Below are positions 59,827 through 64,000 of a DNA stretch of 64,000 nucleotides, piece after piece (position 1 is the first letter of the stretch; each line of letters starts with the position of its first letter). The notes below the pieces were generated by a model. The model did not search any database, was not told the origin of the DNA, and saw only the letters and a list, made by a program, of their open reading frames with translations. The position numbers and the translations under genes are program-made. Source of the DNA: Gemmatimonadota bacterium (GTDB taxonomy: Bacteria; Gemmatimonadota; Gemmatimonadetes; JACCXV01; JAHWKZ01); NCBI GenBank assembly GCA_035513155.1, contig DATKCO010000021.1, positions 3,559-67,558 on the forward strand, in the 5' to 3' direction.

Positions 59827-59846
59827 CAGGTCTTACAGAAGACCTG
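59827..59846 (-). terminator. Perfect 8-bp hairpin CAGGUCUU-cugu-AAGACCUG that overlaps the radC stop codon and is followed by UUGAAACUUGUCU. It is a possible radC terminator or attenuator.
   Basis: The inverted repeat was read directly (plus strand caggtcttacagaagacctg). The radC stop TAA sits at 59833..59835 within it. Confidence 0.4.
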
Positions 59847-60540
59847 CATCCTTAAAGGAGAAATACGAATCTGATCCGATAATCACATGATCGTGAAGCG
59901 GAATGTCGAGGATCCGGCCGGCCTCTCCGATGGCCCGCGTCACCTCGCGATCCTCGCGGCTCGGGGCTGGGTCCCCGGAGGGGTGATTGTGGACGATCAC
60001 CAGCCCCGCCGCCGCGCACGCCAGCGCCGGCTTGAACACCTCGCGGGGATGGACGATCGACGCGTTGAGGGAGCCCACGGAGACGACGACCTCCCGGACC
60101 AGCTCGTTGCGGGTGTTCAGGCACAGCGCCATGAACCGCTCGCGCTCGCGATCACGCAGCTCCAGCGAGAGATGTCTCCAGACCGCGCGCGGGGACGAGA
60201 GCATCGGCTGCCGCTCGCGCCGCTCCCGCTGCAACCGGCGGCCCAGCTCCAGGGCGGCGGCGACCCGGGCGGCGGTGGCGGCCCCCACACCATCGAGCCT
60301 GGCGAGATCGTCGACCCCCCTGCCCGCCAGCTGCCGCAGACCGGGGTAGGCCGCGGCCAGTCGACGAGCGATCTCGTCGGCGGGCCGGACGCGGTTGCCG
60401 CTCCCGATCAGGATCGTCAGCAACTCGACGGTCGAGAGCGCGCCCGCCCCCAGGCGACCGAGCCTCTCCCGAGGTCGATCCTCCACGGGCCATTCCTTGA
60501 TGGACAGGACAGATCCGCGCACGCGGACCGGAGAGTGCAA
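59833..60540 (-). CDS. radC: RadC-family JAB-domain protein (UPF0758)
   Basis: IKEWPVEDRPRERL, the HhH-like segment, and the JAMM motif HNHPSGDPAPSREDREVT. Confidence 0.9.
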   Translation of the reverse strand: MHSPVRVRGSVLSIKEWPVEDRPRERLGRLGAGALSTVELLTILIGSGNRVRPADEIARRLAAAYPGLRQLAGRGVDDLARLDGVGAATAARVAAALELGRRLQRERRERQPMLSSPRAVWRHLSLELRDRERERFMALCLNTRNELVREVVVSVGSLNASIVHPREVFKPALACAAAGLVIVHNHPSGDPAPSREDREVTRAIGEAGRILDIPLHDHVIIGSDSYFSFKDAGLL

Positions 60541-60575
60541 GGCGGATGCCGCAGGCGATCCCGCCGGGGAGGGAC

Positions 60576-61718
60576 CTACTTGCTCATGCTGTCGAGCAGC
60601 TCCTGATTCGAGCGCGTGTGCTTGACCTTGTCGATCAGGAACTCCGCCGCATCCGTTGTCCGCATGTCGGACAGGAACCGGCGGAGCAACTGCAGGCGCT
60701 GGAGATGCTCCTCGGCGTACAGGAGCTCTTCCTTCCGCGTCCCGCTGGCCGTCACGTCGATGGCCGGCCAGATCCGCTGGTCCGCGAGCTCCCGCGCGAG
60801 GACGATCTCGGCGTTACCCGTGCCCTTGAACTCCTCGAATATCACCTCGTCCGCGCGGCTTCCGGTATCGATGAGCGCGGTAGCGATGATCGTTAGGCTT
60901 CCCCCACGATCCCCCACGACCTTGCGGGCCGACCCGAAGAACCGCTTCGGGGCCTCCAGGGCTCCGGCCTCGATGCCCCCCGACAGGGTCCGGCCGCTGG
61001 AACGCTCGATCGAGTTGTAGGCTCGCGCCAGCCGTGTGATGGAGTCCAGCACGAGCACGACGTCCTTCCCGGACTCGACCAGCCGCCGGGCGCGCTCGAG
61101 CGCCATCTCGGCGACCTGGACGTGCCGGTCGGGAGGGAAATCGAAGGACGAGGCCACCGTCTCTCCGCGCCCGATCTTCTCGATCATGCGCTGCATCTCG
61201 GTGACCTCCTCGGGCCGCTCGTCGACCAGCAGCACGATCAGCTCGGCGTCGGGGTAGTTCACCGCCACGCCGGTCATCACCGACTGCAGCAGCATGGTCT
61301 TCCCGGCCTTCGACGGCGCCACGATCAGCGCCCGCTGGCCCTTGCCCAGCGGCACGACGAGGTCGAGGATGCGGTTGGTCACTCCCGCCCCGTTGACCGC
61401 CTCCGCGGCCTTATCGTCGAGGATCTCGAGAGTCAGGCGCTCGTCGGGGTGGGTGGCGCGCAGCTGGTCGAACTTCGGGCGGGAGCGCGCCTCCTCCGGC
61501 GGGACCCCGTTCACGCTGGTCACGCTCTTGAGCGGCGGCAGCTTCCCGCGACCCGGTGGCGATCCGATCTCGCCATCGATCGCGTCTCCCTTCCGCAGCC
61601 CGTACTGATCGATGAGCCGCGCCGGCACGTATACGTCGTCGTCCCCGGGCAAATAGGCGTTCTCTTTGCGTCGCAGGATTCCGGCGCCGCCAGACAGGCG
61701 GTCGAGCACTCCGATCAT
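60576..61718 (-). CDS. rho: Transcription termination factor Rho, 380 aa. It starts at the OB-fold (cold-shock domain) and lacks the usual N-terminal three-helix bundle of about 45 aa.
   Basis: The start MIGVLDRLSGGAGILRRKENAYLPGDDDVYV has a GGAGGA ribosome-binding site, and only 67 nt separate it from the secA stop. P-loop APSKAGKT, plus the Q and R loops. The upstream part of the track ORF is Arg-rich artefact. Confidence 0.9.
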   Translation of the reverse strand: MIGVLDRLSGGAGILRRKENAYLPGDDDVYVPARLIDQYGLRKGDAIDGEIGSPPGRGKLPPLKSVTSVNGVPPEEARSRPKFDQLRATHPDERLTLEILDDKAAEAVNGAGVTNRILDLVVPLGKGQRALIVAPSKAGKTMLLQSVMTGVAVNYPDAELIVLLVDERPEEVTEMQRMIEKIGRGETVASSFDFPPDRHVQVAEMALERARRLVESGKDVVLVLDSITRLARAYNSIERSSGRTLSGGIEAGALEAPKRFFGSARKVVGDRGGSLTIIATALIDTGSRADEVIFEEFKGTGNAEIVLARELADQRIWPAIDVTASGTRKEELLYAEEHLQRLQLLRRFLSDMRTTDAAEFLIDKVKHTRSNQELLDSMSK

Positions 61719-61785
61719 CTTCGATGTCCTCCGATCGAGAAGTCCATTCTCTCGTTGGGTCCGTGGCGCCTCGGCCGGACGGCCG

Positions 61786-64000
61786 TCACGCGCCGTGACA
61801 TTTCTTGTACTTCTTGCCGCTCCCACACGGGCAGGGGTCGTTGCGACCGATCTTCTCGCCCTCCCGGACGAACGTGTCGGGGCTCTCGCTCGCGGCCTGA
61901 CTCGATGCGGGTTCCGTCCCACCGCCGCTCACCGGACCCGGCAGACCCGCGGTCCCGGTAGCGGTCCCGCCGGCCGTGGCTCCGGCCATGGCCGGCGCCG
62001 CGCTGTGCATCGCGATCTGCTGCCGCTGCATTCGCTCGCGCCGGCGCCTGTCCTCGGCGGACATCGCGCGCGGATCGACGATCTGGACCCGGAACAGCAT
62101 CTGGGTAGCGCTCGAGCGCAGGTCGTCCATCATCTCGACGAACATCTCGTAAGCTTCCTTCTTGTACTCGATGAGGGGATCGCGCTGTCCCCAGGCCCGG
62201 TACTGGATCCCGCTCTTCAGCTGGTCGAGCTCGTAGAGATGATCCCGCCATTTCTCGTCGATGACGCGCAGCAGGACCTGGCGCACGACGAGCTCGGCCC
62301 GTTCGGGCTCCCACTCCTCGACGCGCCGGTCGAACGCCTCCTCCAGCTCCGACACGACCCGCCCCGCGACCCCCTCCCCCGTCCCCGGCAGGTCCTCTTC
62401 CTCGGGATCGGGACCGGACTCCTCCTGCGACAGCCGGTCGAGCCAGTCGAACGGCAGCAGGTAGGTCCGCATGAGCTCTTCCTTGAGGCCTGCCAGATCC
62501 CAGCTGTCGGCGTAGGCCTCCGGATCCATGAACAGCGAGATCTTCTCCTCGGCCGCGTCACGGATGATCTCCTTCGCCTCGGCGAAGACCTCGTCCTTAT
62601 CCCCCTCGAGCGCGCGCAGGCGCATCGCGTAGATCACCTCGCGCTGCTTGTTCATCACGTCGTCGTACTCGAGCAGACGCTTGCGGATCTCGAAGTTGTT
62701 GAGCTCGACCTTCTTCTGGGCCCGCTCGATCGACCGGGTGACGAGCGAGTGGGTGATCACCTCCCCCTCCTCGGCGCCCATCCGGTCCATGACGCTGGCG
62801 ATCCGGTCGGAGCTGAACAGACGCATGAGATCGTCCTCGAGCGACAGGAAGAAGCGCGACGATCCCGGGTCCCCCTGCCGGCCGGAGCGCCCCCGGAGCT
62901 GCCGGTCGATGCGCCTCGACTCGTGCCGCTCGGTGCCCACGATGTGGAGCCCCCACGGCATGTCCTCTTCGATCACTGCCTCGACCTCGCCCTGGGTCAC
63001 GCCCTCGGGGAGCTCGTCCTCGTGCACCTCCGGCCACGCGCGCGGCACCACCCCCGGACCGAGCTTGATGTCGGTTCCGCGTCCGGCCATGTTGGTCGCG
63101 ATCGTCGCCGCGCCCGGCTGACCGGCCCGGGCTACGATCTCCGCTTCGCGCTGGTGATGCTTCGCGTTCAGCACGTTGTGCGGGAGGTTGCGGCGCTTGA
63201 GCAGGCGGGAGAGGGTCTCCGACACCTCGACCGATACCGTCCCGACCAGCACCGGCCGGCCGCGCTGGTGCTCGCGCTCGATCTCGTCGATGATCGCGTT
63301 GTACTTCTCCCGGCGGGTCTTGTAGACCATGTCCTCGTAGTCCTGCCGCCGGACCGGCCGGTTGGTGGGGATCACGACCACGTCCATCTTGTAGATCTGC
63401 CAGAACTCCCCCTCTTCGGTCTCGGCCGTCCCGGTCATCCCCGCGAGCTTGTCGTACATGCGGTAGTAGTTCTGGATCGTGATCGTAGCCAGCGTCTGGG
63501 TCTCGCCCTCGATCTGGACGTTCTCCTTGGCCTCGATCGCCTGATGCATGCCCTCGGAGTACCGGCGCCCCGGCATCAGCCGACCCGTGAACTGGTCGAC
63601 GATGAGGACCTTGCCGTCCTGCACCACGTATTCGACATCCTTCTCGTAGAGCGCGTATGCCTTGATCAACTGACTGATGTTGTGAATCGTCTCGCTCTTC
63701 TCCGCGTACTCCCGCTCGAGCTCGAGACGGCGGGCGCTCATCTCCTCCTCGGAGAGCGAGGGATCCGTGTCGATCTCGTGCATCAGCTGGGAGAGATCGG
63801 GAACCACGAACAGGTCGGGCTGATTGGGGGCGATCTTCACCCGGCCGTCGTCGGTGAGATGGGCGTCGTGCCCCTTCTCGTCCATCGCGAACAGCAGTGC
63901 CTCGTCGAGCTCGTGCGCCCGCTTCTCGCGCATGTAGTCGGCTTCCACCTTCTGGACCAGCTTCTTGATCCCGGGCTCGTTGAGGATCTTCATCAGCCGG
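61786..64000 (-). CDS. secA: Preprotein translocase ATPase SecA. This is the C-terminal roughly 735 aa; the 5' end lies beyond the window.
   Basis: The helicase-like NBD2/HSD/HWD regions and the C-terminal zinc-binding motif [14 protein letters not shown] are present. The ORF is open to the window edge. Confidence 0.93.
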   Translation of the reverse strand, partial: RLMKILNEPGIKKLVQKVEADYMREKRAHELDEALLFAMDEKGHDAHLTDDGRVKIAPNQPDLFVVPDLSQLMHEIDTDPSLSEEEMSARRLELEREYAEKSETIHNISQLIKAYALYEKDVEYVVQDGKVLIVDQFTGRLMPGRRYSEGMHQAIEAKENVQIEGETQTLATITIQNYYRMYDKLAGMTGTAETEEGEFWQIYKMDVVVIPTNRPVRRQDYEDMVYKTRREKYNAIIDEIEREHQRGRPVLVGTVSVEVSETLSRLLKRRNLPHNVLNAKHHQREAEIVARAGQPGAATIATNMAGRGTDIKLGPGVVPRAWPEVHEDELPEGVTQGEVEAVIEEDMPWGLHIVGTERHESRRIDRQLRGRSGRQGDPGSSRFFLSLEDDLMRLFSSDRIASVMDRMGAEEGEVITHSLVTRSIERAQKKVELNNFEIRKRLLEYDDVMNKQREVIYAMRLRALEGDKDEVFAEAKEIIRDAAEEKISLFMDPEAYADSWDLAGLKEELMRTYLLPFDWLDRLSQEESGPDPEEEDLPGTGEGVAGRVVSELEEAFDRRVEEWEPERAELVVRQVLLRVIDEKWRDHLYELDQLKSGIQYRAWGQRDPLIEYKKEAYEMFVEMMDDLRSSATQMLFRVQIVDPRAMSAEDRRRRERMQRQQIAMHSAAPAMAGATAGGTATGTAGLPGPVSGGGTEPASSQAASESPDTFVREGEKIGRNDPCPCGSGKKYKKCHGA

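Overview
This is a high-GC (roughly 70%) bacterial chromosomal segment that is almost entirely housekeeping and densely packed: about 62 genes, 61 of them on the minus strand and one on the plus strand. Many neighbouring genes overlap as TGATG/ATGA/GTGA, and GTG or TTG starts are frequent. Most long plus-strand ORFs in the track are Arg/Pro/Gly-rich antisense artefacts of minus-strand genes.

Recognisable blocks, in window order:
- a tightly coupled envelope-type cluster: sensor histidine kinase, NtrC-family sigma54 response regulator, secreted coiled-coil protein, outer-membrane beta-barrel, and a very large membrane-anchored protein. The last gene runs off the window start and is absent from the ORF track, because it has no stop codon inside the window.
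- DUF4159, rsmI, murA, two tandem HemK-family methyltransferases, prfA
- rpmE, lnt, a Gfo/Idh/MocA oxidoreductase, ispG
- a secreted CAP-domain protein, a SpoIID-domain protein and two secreted hypotheticals, then ssb
- the rod-shape block rodA, mrdA (PBP2), mreD, mreC, mreB, followed by dut and ald
- the conserved rimP-nusA-ylxQ(L7Ae)-infB-DUF503-rbfA-truB-ribF-rpsO-pnp array
- pgeF, an MscS channel, a GT2 glycosyltransferase, a CPA antiporter, an HNH nuclease
- an outer-membrane lipoprotein cluster: LptE-like, LolA-like/DUF4292, TPR protein, and the only plus-strand gene, a lipoprotein
- guaA, a phosphoesterase, hisS, folC, accD, rimI, tsaB, tsaE, uvrB, lolA, relA/spoT
- a short lower-GC islet carrying a lysine-rich basic protein with a near-consensus promoter
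- radC, rho, and the 3' part of secA.

The host is a diderm bacterium (lnt, lolA, an LptE-like lipoprotein and OMP beta-barrels are present). The DUF content (DUF4159, DUF4292, DUF4296, DUF503) fits a Gemmatimonadota/FCB-type lineage, but that is inference only.

No rRNA, tRNA, CRISPR array or transposase was seen.

The most interesting items are the uncharacterised two-component-linked envelope cluster at 1..7350, the unannotated giant membrane protein at 1..2361, a NusA with a roughly 115-aa low-complexity insertion in the KH region, a Rho that appears to lack the N-terminal helix bundle, a divergent HemK paralogue coupled to prfA, and the lower-GC islet with the basic protein.
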